Source: Fibrobacterota bacterium (GTDB lineage: Bacteria; Fibrobacterota; Fibrobacteria; UBA11236). Taken from it: a DNA stretch of 32,000 nucleotides. The translations under genes were made by a program, and so were the position numbers. The notes beneath the pieces are model-generated. The model did no database searches. It saw only the letters and a program-made list of their open reading frames with translations, and had not been told where the DNA came from. Below are positions 19,956 to 28,405 of this stretch, piece after piece. The stretch lies in the NCBI GenBank assembly GCA_028287505.1, contig JAQBPN010000076.1, positions 32,069 to 64,068 of the forward strand, written 5' to 3'. Within the stretch, counting starts at the first letter, position 1. Each line of letters begins with the position of its first letter.

Positions 19956-20891
19956 GTGAAGATTTATCTGGCGTCCCCGCGCGGCTTCTGCGCCGGCGTG
20001 CAAAGGGCCATCAGCATCGTCGAAAAGGCCATCGAACGCTTCGGGGCCCCCGTGTACGTCCGGCATGAGATTGTCCACAACCAGGCCGTGGTTTCCCGGC
20101 TGCGGGACAAGGGAGCGGTCTTCGTCGAAGAGCTCGAGGAGGTCCCTCTCAACTCCGTCGCCATCTTTTCCGCCCACGGCGTTCCCACCGCGGTCTATAC
20201 CGAGGCGGACAGCCGCAAGCTCCTGACCATCGACGCCACATGTCCCCTCGTCAAGCGCGTGCATTCGGCGGTCAAGCGCCATAACAAGAACGAACTGCGG
20301 ATCATCCTGATCGGCCACGCGGGACATCCGGAAGTGGTGGGAACCATGGGCCAGCTCCCGGACGGACAGATGATCCTGGTGGAGCGGCCGGAAGATGTCT
20401 GGAAGCTGCAGGGAGTGGGCGAGGAAGGCCTTGCCTACACCACCCAGACCACCCTCTCCATCGAAGAGACCAAGGATATCATCCAGGCGCTCAAGCAACG
20501 CTTCCCGCTCATCAAGGGCCCGGAAAAGGGCGACCTGTGCTATGCCACCACCAATCGCCAGCAGGCCGTGATCGATATGGCCAAGCTGGTGGACATCCTG
20601 GTGGTGATCGGGTCTTCGAACAGTTCGAACTCCAACCGGCTCCGTGAGCTGGGCGAACGCATGGGCAAGCCTTCCTATCTCATAGACGGGCCCAACGATA
20701 TGCGCCGGGAATGGCTGAACGGCGTCGAAAACGTCGGCATCTCCTCGGGCGCTTCCGCGCCGGAAGACCTGGTGCAGGACGTGGTCAAATGGATCCAGCG
20801 CGAGTTCCCGGGCACTTCCGCCGAGGACTACGTGATCCTTGAGGAGAACGTGCATTTTTCCCTGCCGGAAATCCTCAACTCCGCGCCCTGA
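19956..20891 (+). CDS. ispH: 4-hydroxy-3-methylbut-2-enyl diphosphate reductase
   Basis: 311 aa with a GTG start. The N-terminus reads KIYLASPRGFCAGVQRAISIVEKAIERFGAPVYVRHEIVHN. The three cluster cysteines sit in their usual contexts (FCAG, DATCPLV, DLCYATTNRQ). Confidence 0.93.
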   Translation: MKIYLASPRGFCAGVQRAISIVEKAIERFGAPVYVRHEIVHNQAVVSRLRDKGAVFVEELEEVPLNSVAIFSAHGVPTAVYTEADSRKLLTIDATCPLVKRVHSAVKRHNKNELRIILIGHAGHPEVVGTMGQLPDGQMILVERPEDVWKLQGVGEEGLAYTTQTTLSIEETKDIIQALKQRFPLIKGPEKGDLCYATTNRQQAVIDMAKLVDILVVIGSSNSSNSNRLRELGERMGKPSYLIDGPNDMRREWLNGVENVGISSGASAPEDLVQDVVKWIQREFPGTSAEDYVILEENVHFSLPEILNSAP

Positions 20892-20924
20892 CGGCGGGAT
20901 TCCGCCGTTTAGCCGTACTCCGCC

Positions 20925-22013
20925 GTGAATCCGGTTCCCATCCGAAAAATCGCATACTTCCTGAGCGGCCACGGATTCGGCCATGCCGTCCGGAATTCCG
21001 CCGCCATCGAGGCGCTGCCTCCCGGCGTTGAGGTCGACATCTACACTTCGATTCCGGAAAGCTTTTTCGGCGACGAACTCCATCGCCCATACCGGGTGAT
21101 TCCCTGCGAGATAGATTGCGGGTGCCTGCAGACCGATACGGTGGAAGTGGACGTGGAGGCCACCCTGGCGCGTTACCTGGAATTGGATTCCCGGCGCGGC
21201 GGGTTCATCGCCCATTTCGCGCCCCTGGTGCGGGAGAGCGGCGCGGATCTTGTCATCGCCGATACGCCGCCTTTGGCCTTTCCCATCGCCAAAGCGGCGG
21301 GAGTGCCCGCGTGGAGCATCTGCAATTTCACCTGGCTGGACATCTACGCCGCCTACGTGGCGAAACATCCCCGTTACCTGGACATGTTCCGGCGCATGCA
21401 GGCCGATTATGCCCTGGCGGACAGGCATATCCGCATCCATCCCCACATGACGGACAATGCGTCCTGGCCGGTGGAAAGCGTCGGCATGGTCTGCCGGCCC
21501 GGCCGATCCCGGCGCGCGGAATTCGCGGAACGCTTCGGTCTGGATCCGGACCGGAAATGGTGCCTCATCTACATCGGCAGCTTCGGGTTGGACGGCGTGG
21601 ACTGGGCGCGCTTGGCGGCTTATCCGGACTGGGAATTCCTGGGCCTTTATCCCCTTCCCGGGGCTCCCGCCCGTTATCGGTTCCTGAAAAAGGATTTGAG
21701 CTTCCGCTACGCGGACCTGAACGCCTCCTGCGATCTGGTGATGGGCAAGTTGGGGTACGGCCTGGTTGTGGAGTGTTTGGCCCAGGCCAAGCCCATCCTC
21801 TTTCTGGGCCGGCGGGATTTCGATGAGTTCCAGATGCTGAAGGCTCTCCTGGAAGAGCGCGGACAGGGGATGGAAATCCCCTTGCCCAGGTTCCTGAAAA
21901 TGGACATCGGCGATGAGTTACAGGCGCTGACCCGCCGGAGCCACCAGCCTCTTCAGGCCACGGGAGTAGCCGATATTCTGCGAAAAATGGGTTTCGCTCC
22001 GGTAAATGCCTGA
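20925..22013 (+). CDS. GT-B-fold glycosyltransferase-like protein, specificity unknown
   Basis: 362 aa with a GTG start. The N-terminal glycine-rich loop is IAYFLSGHGFGHAVRN, and the C-terminal half contains DLVMGKLGYGLVVECLAQAKPILF. By memory it resembles the uncharacterised GT-like domain found at the N-terminus of plant L-arabinokinase and its bacterial homologues. Confidence 0.65.
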   Translation: MNPVPIRKIAYFLSGHGFGHAVRNSAAIEALPPGVEVDIYTSIPESFFGDELHRPYRVIPCEIDCGCLQTDTVEVDVEATLARYLELDSRRGGFIAHFAPLVRESGADLVIADTPPLAFPIAKAAGVPAWSICNFTWLDIYAAYVAKHPRYLDMFRRMQADYALADRHIRIHPHMTDNASWPVESVGMVCRPGRSRRAEFAERFGLDPDRKWCLIYIGSFGLDGVDWARLAAYPDWEFLGLYPLPGAPARYRFLKKDLSFRYADLNASCDLVMGKLGYGLVVECLAQAKPILFLGRRDFDEFQMLKALLEERGQGMEIPLPRFLKMDIGDELQALTRRSHQPLQATGVADILRKMGFAPVNA

Positions 22014-22117
22014 AATTCACGGGATTCGGTTCCAGTTCCAGCATCCGTGCTAGCATTTCCCGCGGGTTATGCTTATATTTTCCCGCCTAAGTTTTACCGA
22101 TTAAGACGAGGTTTTTC

Positions 22118-22354
22118 ATGAGCCGCATTTGTGAAGTCACTGGCAAGAGAAGGCAAAAGGGCAACCAGGTTTCCCATGCCATGAACCATACCCGCAAGTT
22201 TTTCCAGCCCAATCTGCACAAGAAGCGGTTCTGGATCGCGGAAGAAAAACGCTGGGTCACCCTCAAGGTGAGCGGCGCCGGTCTCCGCTTCATCGCCAAG
22301 AACGGCATCCTGGCTGCTCTCAAGCAGGTCGCGGAACTCCAGAAGGCCGACTAG
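22118..22354 (+). CDS. rpmB: 50S ribosomal protein L28
   Basis: 78 aa: [46 protein letters not shown] 7 nt upstream. Confidence 0.96.
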   Translation: MSRICEVTGKRRQKGNQVSHAMNHTRKFFQPNLHKKRFWIAEEKRWVTLKVSGAGLRFIAKNGILAALKQVAELQKAD

Positions 22355-22413
22355 GCTTTTATCGCCGCTTTTCCCCGCCTTCTCCGTGAAGGCAGGATGG
22401 ATGAAAATGAAAA

Positions 22414-22441
22414 GGCCGGTCCCCAGGGACCGGCCTTTTTT
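22414..22441. terminator. Bidirectional rho-independent terminator between rpmB and lspA
   Basis: GGCCGGUCC-CCAG-GGACCGGCC followed by U6 on the plus strand. The minus-strand reading is followed by UUUUCAUUUUC. The flanking genes are convergent. Confidence 0.8.
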
Positions 22442-22497
22442 CGTTCCCGCGCGCAAAGCCGAAGGTGAATCCGGGAGCGCGGTCCGGGCGTGACGTT

Positions 22498-23040
22498 TCA
22501 GGAAGTCCGGAATGCCGGTTGGGCCGGTGCCGGCTTGAGAGCGGAAACCGAGAGCAACAGCACGGTGCCGACCGTGATCATGGAGTCCGCCAGGTTGAAG
22601 ATGGGGAAGCTCCACGCCCCCTGCCAATGCACATGGACGAAGTCCACCACATAGCCATGGGTCAAGCGATCCTGGAGGTTGCCGACGGCGCCGGCCAGGA
22701 TGAGCGAAAGCGGCAGCAGCCGCAACAAGCCCTGGTTCCGCATTTTCCAAATCAGGGTCACCAATGCGATCAGGGCGAGACTGGTGAGAGTGAGAATGAG
22801 GGGCGTGCGCACGCGGTCCGGCAAATCGCGGAACATGCTGAAGGCGATGGCGCGGTTCTCGGCGTAGCGGAACTCCAGGACCTTGGGAACCAGGGTCAGG
22901 GAGGGTTTGTCCTGGAACTCGGTCCGGGCCCAGTTCTTGGTGGCCTGGTCCGCGCGGCACCCCGCGAGCAACAGGGTGAAAAGCATGAGCCAGTGCAGGC
23001 CGTTACGGAGGGATGCGGTACGATTGGAATGGGTAGGCAT
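22498..23040 (-). CDS. lspA: Lipoprotein signal peptidase (signal peptidase II)
   Basis: 180 aa with four TM segments. Motifs include FRYAENRAIAFSM, GAVGNLQDR and DFVHVHW..FPIFNLADSMITVG, which carry the catalytic Asp residues. Confidence 0.9.
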   Translation of the reverse strand: MPTHSNRTASLRNGLHWLMLFTLLLAGCRADQATKNWARTEFQDKPSLTLVPKVLEFRYAENRAIAFSMFRDLPDRVRTPLILTLTSLALIALVTLIWKMRNQGLLRLLPLSLILAGAVGNLQDRLTHGYVVDFVHVHWQGAWSFPIFNLADSMITVGTVLLLSVSALKPAPAQPAFRTS

Positions 23041-23093
23041 GTGGGGATAATATAGTGAGCAAAGACCCGGCGTGCCACGACGCCATGCCTACC

Positions 23094-23124
23094 CTTTGCG
23101 AATGCGTTCGCCGCATTCACAAAG
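23094..23124 (-). terminator. Hairpin after the TPR gene; possible terminator or processing site without a U-tract
   Basis: CTTTGCGAATGCG-TTCGC-CGCATTCACAAAG is a 13-bp stem with one mismatch. It lies 11 nt downstream of the TPR gene stop at 23135. Confidence 0.35.
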
Positions 23125-23134
23125 AGGGCCGGGG

Positions 23135-25876
23135 TCAATCGTTGGCGGTGGAGACCTTGGCTTCCAGGACGCCCTGGCTGACGAGTTCCGGCCAAGGGGA
23201 GCGCGGCGCGGACAACTTGGCGGATTTCTTGAACAGTTCCAAGGCTGCATGCTGGTTGCCGTCCTCCTCCGCGAACTTGGCCGACCATAGCACCGCCAGG
23301 TAATCGTGCGGATTGCGGTTGAGCAGGAACTCCAGGATGGAAGCCGCCATGTCCTTGGAGCCTTCCAGGCGGTAGGCGCGGGCGCGGTTGATGTAGACTT
23401 CATCCGACTGCGCACCCAGATCGATGGCGGTCTGCAAGGGTCCGCTGGCGGCGGCCAGGTCCGGGATCATGGCCAGGGCGTTCCCCAGATTCTCCCAGGC
23501 CTTCGCGTCTTTGGGATGGTATTGGACCATGCGGCGATAGTGGGAGGCTGCTTCCTTGTATTCGCGGGCCGATTGGCGCACGGTGGCCAGGTAGGCGTTG
23601 GCTTCTTCGTTGGCCGAATCGAGCCGATAGACGGCGCGATAGGCTTCGCCCATCTCCCGCTTCGCGTCCAGTTTCTTGGCGATGCGCAGCATCTCTCCCG
23701 CGGCCTCGCCGGACTGGCTGTCCACGGCCAGGGCCGAGGCATATGCGGCAAGGGCTTCCTTCAGCTGGCGTTTTTCGGCCAGGCATTCCCCCAGGCGGGT
23801 CCAGGCTTCGGCCACCACCTGACTGTTGAGGGAGGCGGGCGCAGCCTTCAGGCCCAGGGCCAGAACGTGGATGGCCTTGTCCAGCTTGCCGTCCCTGGCC
23901 AACTGGGTTCCCAGGACGATGGCCGCCTGGTTCCAGGCCTCTCCGGAGGGAAGGACGGTGCGGGCGCCCAAAAGTTCGTCATACATTTCCAGGGCCCTGG
24001 CATTCCCGCCCTGGGCCGCCTTGAGGTTGGCCATGCGGAGCTTTTCCTCATCCCCGGCCCATCCTTTGGACACCAGGGTTTCCAGGACTTCAGCCTCCTT
24101 GGGGCCGAAGTGCAACTCACGGTACATGCGCGCTACCGCCCGGAGGGATTCCTTGTCTCCGCTGCGCGCATAATGGGTTTCATACTCCGCGGCGGCGCCT
24201 TCGTAGTTCTTCAATTCAGCCAGGCAATCGCCGCGCAGGCGGATTGCATCCGGAAAGGAATCCCGGGCGACGAGGAACTGCTCCGCCGCATGGGCGTAAT
24301 CCTTGTCCGCATACTCCATGCGGCCCAACAGCATGCAGGCCTCGGGGATGGGGGCGTGTTTGCCGATGGCGGCCAGGACGTCCCTGGCTTCGGCGTTCTT
24401 GCCGGCATCCAGCATGGCCTTGGCCGCGGATAGGGCCATGGGGGCGTCTTCCGGGGCTTCAATCACCATGCGTTTTGCATAACCCGCGGCCTTGGGGAAG
24501 TCTTTCAGGCGCATGGCAATCTGGACCATGGCGCGGGCGGCTTCGCGATCGAATCCCGTGGCCAGGTATTTGTCGCCGATGATCGAGGCCAGCATCAGGG
24601 ATGCCGGGTCTCCGCAGGAAGACAGGTCCAGGAACGCGTCCCTGCGGCCTTCCAACTGCTTGGGAGACAGAGCCGAGATTTGTCCCCAGGCGTGGCAGGC
24701 TTTGGCTTTGTCCCCGGCAAGGCTGTATCCGCGGGCCACCAGCATGGCCAGATGCAGGGAAGCGCCTTCCTTCTCGTACTTGTCCCTGAGGACCGGGAAG
24801 TTCGCCTGGATGAGGCTGTCGCCTTCGATGGCTTCCGGCAGGCGGGCCAGATAGGCGGGATTGCCGGGAGAGGCTTTCAGGGCGCTCTGCAAATGGGCAT
24901 AGGCATTTTTGCGATCTTCCAAGCGCAGAAGGATTACCGCGAGCTTGAAGTGCAGGGACGCCGACGCGCTGTCGTTGCGCAAGGCCTTTTCCAACAAGGC
25001 TTTCAAGGGCGCTTCGCCCCCGGGACCGGCTGCTTCCAAATGCGCAATCGCGCGGTTGCGGGCGGTGGTATCGGCCGCATCCAGCGTCCATGCATCCGCC
25101 CAGGCTTGGGCGGCTTCCAGCCTCTGGTCCATGGCCTCGCGGGTTTCCGCCAATCGCACGCTCAGACTCTTCTCTTCGGGATGCGCTGCACGGGCTAGTT
25201 GGTAGAGGGTGACCGCGTCCGCGGCCTTTCCCTGGGAGGCCAGCAACGCGCCTACGCGGAGGGCGGCCTGGGCATTCTTGGCAATCAGATCCGCATGCTT
25301 CCAATACAGGGCGGCGGCTTCCGGGTAGAGCAGTTGTTGCTCCAGGCAGAGTGCCAATTGCAATTCCGCCTGGGTATCGCCGGGCTTGATTTCCAGATAG
25401 CGTTTGAACATGGCGACGGCGAACGGATCGTTTTGATTGGCGGCATGGGCGGATTTCAGGAACCAGCCGGCGGCTTCGTAGCGATCGCCGTTGATGAGCA
25501 GGCCTTCGCCCATGAGTCCCATGGAAAGGAAGCCGGGATTGGTCAGTCGCTTGAAGCAGGGCACGGCCAGATGCACATCGCCGCGGTCCCAATGGATGAT
25601 GCCTTCCGCCTCGATGAGGCGTTCGTCCTTTTCGCCCCACTTCTGGCGTTCCTGGATGCGGGCCAATAGGGCGGAGGTATCGATACCGGCATAGCTGTGG
25701 GCCAGAACGGGCTTGATGTCCAGGAACAGGGAACTGGTGTCCTTGGGAGCCGCGGACGATTCCGGCGTTTCCGTTGCGGCAGGGGTCACAGGTTCTCCCG
25801 CTGAGGCATGCGCCGCCATCAGGGCGGCGCCCCAAAGGACTTGCAGGAGATATCCGCTACGGGCGCGGTTTGTCAT
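23135..25876 (-). CDS. Secreted tetratricopeptide-repeat (TPR) protein, 913 aa
   Basis: The signal peptide MTNRARSGYLLQVLWGAALMAAHASA is followed by about 880 aa of Ala/Leu-rich helical repeats showing TPR periodicity (repeated A..Y..A....P....A...LG patterns). GGAAGGA RBS. Confidence 0.8.
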   Translation of the reverse strand: MTNRARSGYLLQVLWGAALMAAHASAGEPVTPAATETPESSAAPKDTSSLFLDIKPVLAHSYAGIDTSALLARIQERQKWGEKDERLIEAEGIIHWDRGDVHLAVPCFKRLTNPGFLSMGLMGEGLLINGDRYEAAGWFLKSAHAANQNDPFAVAMFKRYLEIKPGDTQAELQLALCLEQQLLYPEAAALYWKHADLIAKNAQAALRVGALLASQGKAADAVTLYQLARAAHPEEKSLSVRLAETREAMDQRLEAAQAWADAWTLDAADTTARNRAIAHLEAAGPGGEAPLKALLEKALRNDSASASLHFKLAVILLRLEDRKNAYAHLQSALKASPGNPAYLARLPEAIEGDSLIQANFPVLRDKYEKEGASLHLAMLVARGYSLAGDKAKACHAWGQISALSPKQLEGRRDAFLDLSSCGDPASLMLASIIGDKYLATGFDREAARAMVQIAMRLKDFPKAAGYAKRMVIEAPEDAPMALSAAKAMLDAGKNAEARDVLAAIGKHAPIPEACMLLGRMEYADKDYAHAAEQFLVARDSFPDAIRLRGDCLAELKNYEGAAAEYETHYARSGDKESLRAVARMYRELHFGPKEAEVLETLVSKGWAGDEEKLRMANLKAAQGGNARALEMYDELLGARTVLPSGEAWNQAAIVLGTQLARDGKLDKAIHVLALGLKAAPASLNSQVVAEAWTRLGECLAEKRQLKEALAAYASALAVDSQSGEAAGEMLRIAKKLDAKREMGEAYRAVYRLDSANEEANAYLATVRQSAREYKEAASHYRRMVQYHPKDAKAWENLGNALAMIPDLAAASGPLQTAIDLGAQSDEVYINRARAYRLEGSKDMAASILEFLLNRNPHDYLAVLWSAKFAEEDGNQHAALELFKKSAKLSAPRSPWPELVSQGVLEAKVSTAND

Positions 25877-26209
25877 GATCTATTCCTTCCAGCAAAGAGC
25901 AAGCCGCTCATCGGGTATGTCTCGGTGCCGAATACGGGTTGGCGTAAACAAAAGTAAATAAAATTTTTTTCCCCCGGCGAAATTCCGAAGAGTGCGTTAT
26001 ATTGCGGCTTTTGTGGGTTATTGAAAAACCAAAATACCCAAAATACTGACCAATGGATGGGTTGGGCCGCTTCGGCATGGCAAGGATGGCCCGGGGCATA
26101 GTGCTGCTTTAGACGTGGTTTTGGGCGATTGTGTAACCTGTTGTCAAGGATTGGGCAAGCGAGCCCCGTCGTCAACAAGCCGCGGCGGATCCGGAACCGG
26201 AATGCCGGT

Positions 26210-26854
26210 TCAGGCGAATTGCACGAAGCTCAGCGGGGCGCCGTGCACGCTTTCGAACGACTTGACCGCTTGATCCATGGCCAGATCCTTATCCTGGTAA
26301 CGCTTGCGCAGGCAAACGCACATCACTTCCTTGAGAATCTGGCAATCGTAGGTGGCGCGATGGAGTTCGCCCTTGTTGAGAACCACGCCGGTTTGATCGC
26401 CGAGCTTGCGCGCGATTTCGCTCAACCTGTGGGATGCGTATTCCGGCATGATCTTGCGGATGAATTTGAGGCTGTCGATGATGGGATTCTGGGGCATGAC
26501 CAGGCCCTGCTTGCGGATGGCTTTGCCCAGGAAGGCGGCGTCGAAGGATGCGTTATGGGCCACAAGGATGGAGCTGAGCCCGCAGAACCTGAGGAAGGCG
26601 GAGAGCACGGGTTTCAGTTCGGGGGCGTTTTCCACCATCTGGTTGGTGATGTTGTTGATGCGGGTGGCGTCTTCGGGAATCAGTTTTCCGGGCTTTACAA
26701 GGCTGCTGTATTGGGAGATCTCCCGGGTCGCGAGCTTGCCGTCCTTCTTTTCGAAGGAGAATTTGATGCCGGCGATTTCAATCAGTTCCTCTTTGTCGGG
26801 ATCGAGGCCGGTGGTTTCCACGTCGAAAGCCACCATGGTGACGAAGGGGAGCAC
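26210..26854 (-). CDS. DEDDh 3'-5' exonuclease (DnaQ / Pol III epsilon-like, stand-alone)
   Basis: 214 aa. Exo I is VAFDVETTGLD, Exo II is LVAHNASFDAAFL and Exo III is HRATYDCQIL. The GTG start lies 5 nt after GGAGG. Confidence 0.82.
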   Translation of the reverse strand: MLPFVTMVAFDVETTGLDPDKEELIEIAGIKFSFEKKDGKLATREISQYSSLVKPGKLIPEDATRINNITNQMVENAPELKPVLSAFLRFCGLSSILVAHNASFDAAFLGKAIRKQGLVMPQNPIIDSLKFIRKIMPEYASHRLSEIARKLGDQTGVVLNKGELHRATYDCQILKEVMCVCLRKRYQDKDLAMDQAVKSFESVHGAPLSFVQFA

Positions 26855-27091
26855 AGAGACCTCCAGGGGAAAAGCAGGGAATATAAAAAACGGGCGTGAA
26901 GACGAAGAGCGATAGGGGAGATTGGAGGGTTTTTTGATGCAGGGTGCGTTGTAGGGGCGTTTCGTCGGGCGACGGGCGGTCGGGCATCGGGCGTAAAGAA
27001 GTGGGACGGCAGGGGTTAAATTGAGACCGCATGGAAGCGGCAGCGAATGCTCCGCCGTTTGCCCAAGCCGCCCAACTCTTTACTCTTGGAA

Positions 27092-27814
27092 TTACTCTTC
27101 GATCTTCTCGCCCGACGCCGTCGGCGCCAAGGGCGCCGCACGCCCGACGCCCGACGGGATCTCTCGACGGGCGTTGAAGTGTCCAACCATCACTGGATTT
27201 TCGCGTAGCTCTCCCTGCTTTTCCAACCTCTCCATCGCCTCCGCAATCTCCTCCACGCTTCCCGGATGGAACGGAACGCCTACGCGGACAATCACCTTGG
27301 AAAAAGGCAACGGAATCACGCACCGGTCCCAGGATTGCAAGCGTATGGAAACCGGGGCTTCCACCCATACGGGAACGACGGGCGCCCGGGCGAACTCCGC
27401 CAACCATACCGATCCGGCCTTGGGAACGTGTCTGGGCCCGCGGGGGCCGTCCAAGGCCATTCCGGCGCATCCGGTTCCCTCTTCCATTTCCCGCGCCAAC
27501 GCGCGCAGGCCGCCCATGGAGCCGCGGGACGACGATCCCCGGTGCACGCGGTATCCGAAGCGTTGGCAGGCGTCGGCCGCCCAGGCGCCGTCGGCGCTCC
27601 GTGAAATGAGGACATGGATACCTCGTTGGGAGAAGGCGCGGATGCAGGAGGGCAGATGCTCGTGCCAAAGCAGGATGACGGCCCGTTGCGGGAGGAAGGA
27701 TTCGGGAAATTTCCGATCGGGCGGGGATCCGGCGGCGCCATCCGTTCCGGAAACCCAACGCACGCGCAAAGTCCGCAACCATAGGCAGGCAAGACCCAGC
27801 AGGAGCGAACGCAC
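27092..27814 (-). CDS. DUF374-type lysophospholipid acyltransferase (LPLAT) family protein
   Basis: 240 aa with LLWHEHL, SRSADG and LDGPRGPRH motifs. This family is commonly encoded next to, or fused with, Kdo transferase. Confidence 0.75.
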   Translation of the reverse strand: MRSLLLGLACLWLRTLRVRWVSGTDGAAGSPPDRKFPESFLPQRAVILLWHEHLPSCIRAFSQRGIHVLISRSADGAWAADACQRFGYRVHRGSSSRGSMGGLRALAREMEEGTGCAGMALDGPRGPRHVPKAGSVWLAEFARAPVVPVWVEAPVSIRLQSWDRCVIPLPFSKVIVRVGVPFHPGSVEEIAEAMERLEKQGELRENPVMVGHFNARREIPSGVGRAAPLAPTASGEKIEE

Positions 27815-27820
27815 GGACGA

Positions 27821-28159
27821 TTATTCGGGAGTGGACGGGAAGGAAACCGGTTCGGCGAGGACCCTGAAAGTCTCGACGCGATAGACGGCCGTTTGGCCCG
27901 CGAATTGCCGCAGGAAATTCTCGCGGCGGTATTCGCTGCGGTGCGCCTCGCAATATTTGGGATAAAGGACCTGGTTGGGAACCAGGGTGATGGAGAAGGT
28001 ATGGGCGCAACCCATCAGTTGGCATTCGCAGGAACGTTCCACGGCCTTCTTGTAATTGTGCGGAAGGATCTGGTTGTGCCTGGTCACTCGATCGATGAGT
28101 CCGCTTTGCGGCTTTCCCATCTCGGCGAGGATGGCTTTTTCAACGTTCCCGTTGCTCAT
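27821..28159 (-). CDS. Hypothetical Cys/His-rich 112-aa protein
   Basis: The ORF ends 6 nt before the DUF374 start. It contains C44-x-C46-x4-C51-x-H53 and C70-x2-H73. I recognise no family. The start is uncertain (an ATG at 28159 or the internal Met14). Confidence 0.5.
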   Translation of the reverse strand: MSNGNVEKAILAEMGKPQSGLIDRVTRHNQILPHNYKKAVERSCECQLMGCAHTFSITLVPNQVLYPKYCEAHRSEYRRENFLRQFAGQTAVYRVETFRVLAEPVSFPSTPE

Positions 28160-28405
28160 TTCCCTAGTATGCTTTCCGCCCCGGGGTTTGTCCAGGGGTT
28201 AAATGGCTTTCCTAGAATATACCTGATATCCCGATTCAGCCTAGTGGAAATTGGAGAAACCCGGGTCCATTTTCCCCTTGACGGGGCGGGGGAAAGGCAG
28301 TATGCGGGGGGCCCGGAGACCGCTTGGGACGGGGCCTTGGAGGCGGGATGCCGTCCGGCCCGTAGTAACGTGAATGTTACGTAATGGAAATGCATCGGAA
28401 TCCGT

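Noticed and set aside
18419-21446. Minus-strand ORFs 18419..19945 (508 aa) and 19950..21446 (498 aa)
   Set aside because: They are antisense to waaA, ispH and the GT-like gene. Their composition is Arg/Gly/Pro/His-rich with no motifs.
23059-23077. TGGCAC...TTGC on the minus strand upstream of lspA, resembling a sigma-54 promoter
   Set aside because: The spacing between the elements is 9 nt instead of 5, so the GG and GC dinucleotides are not 10 nt apart.
25873-26178. 101-aa and 63-aa minus-strand ORFs filling the exonuclease-TPR spacer
   Set aside because: They have no RBS, an odd composition (Pro/His/Phe/Trp runs) and low third-position GC unlike real genes here. The 101-aa ORF also overlaps the TPR gene start.
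26967-26991. Canonical G-quadruplex motif GGGCGACGGGCGGTCGGGCATCGGG on the plus strand, plus looser G-tract clusters at 28270-28350
   Set aside because: My rough estimate for a genome of about 60% GC is that roughly ten such G3-N1-7 x4 motifs are expected by chance in 32 kb on both strands. The motif alone therefore carries no weight. I report only the broader C/G skew of this spacer as a finding.
26778-28025. 415-aa minus-strand ORF and several 100-290-aa ORFs overlapping 27021..27884
   Set aside because: They are out of frame with, or antisense to, the DUF374 gene, whose LWHEH / SRSADG / DGPRGP motifs identify the real frame. The alternatives are Arg/Pro/Gly-rich.
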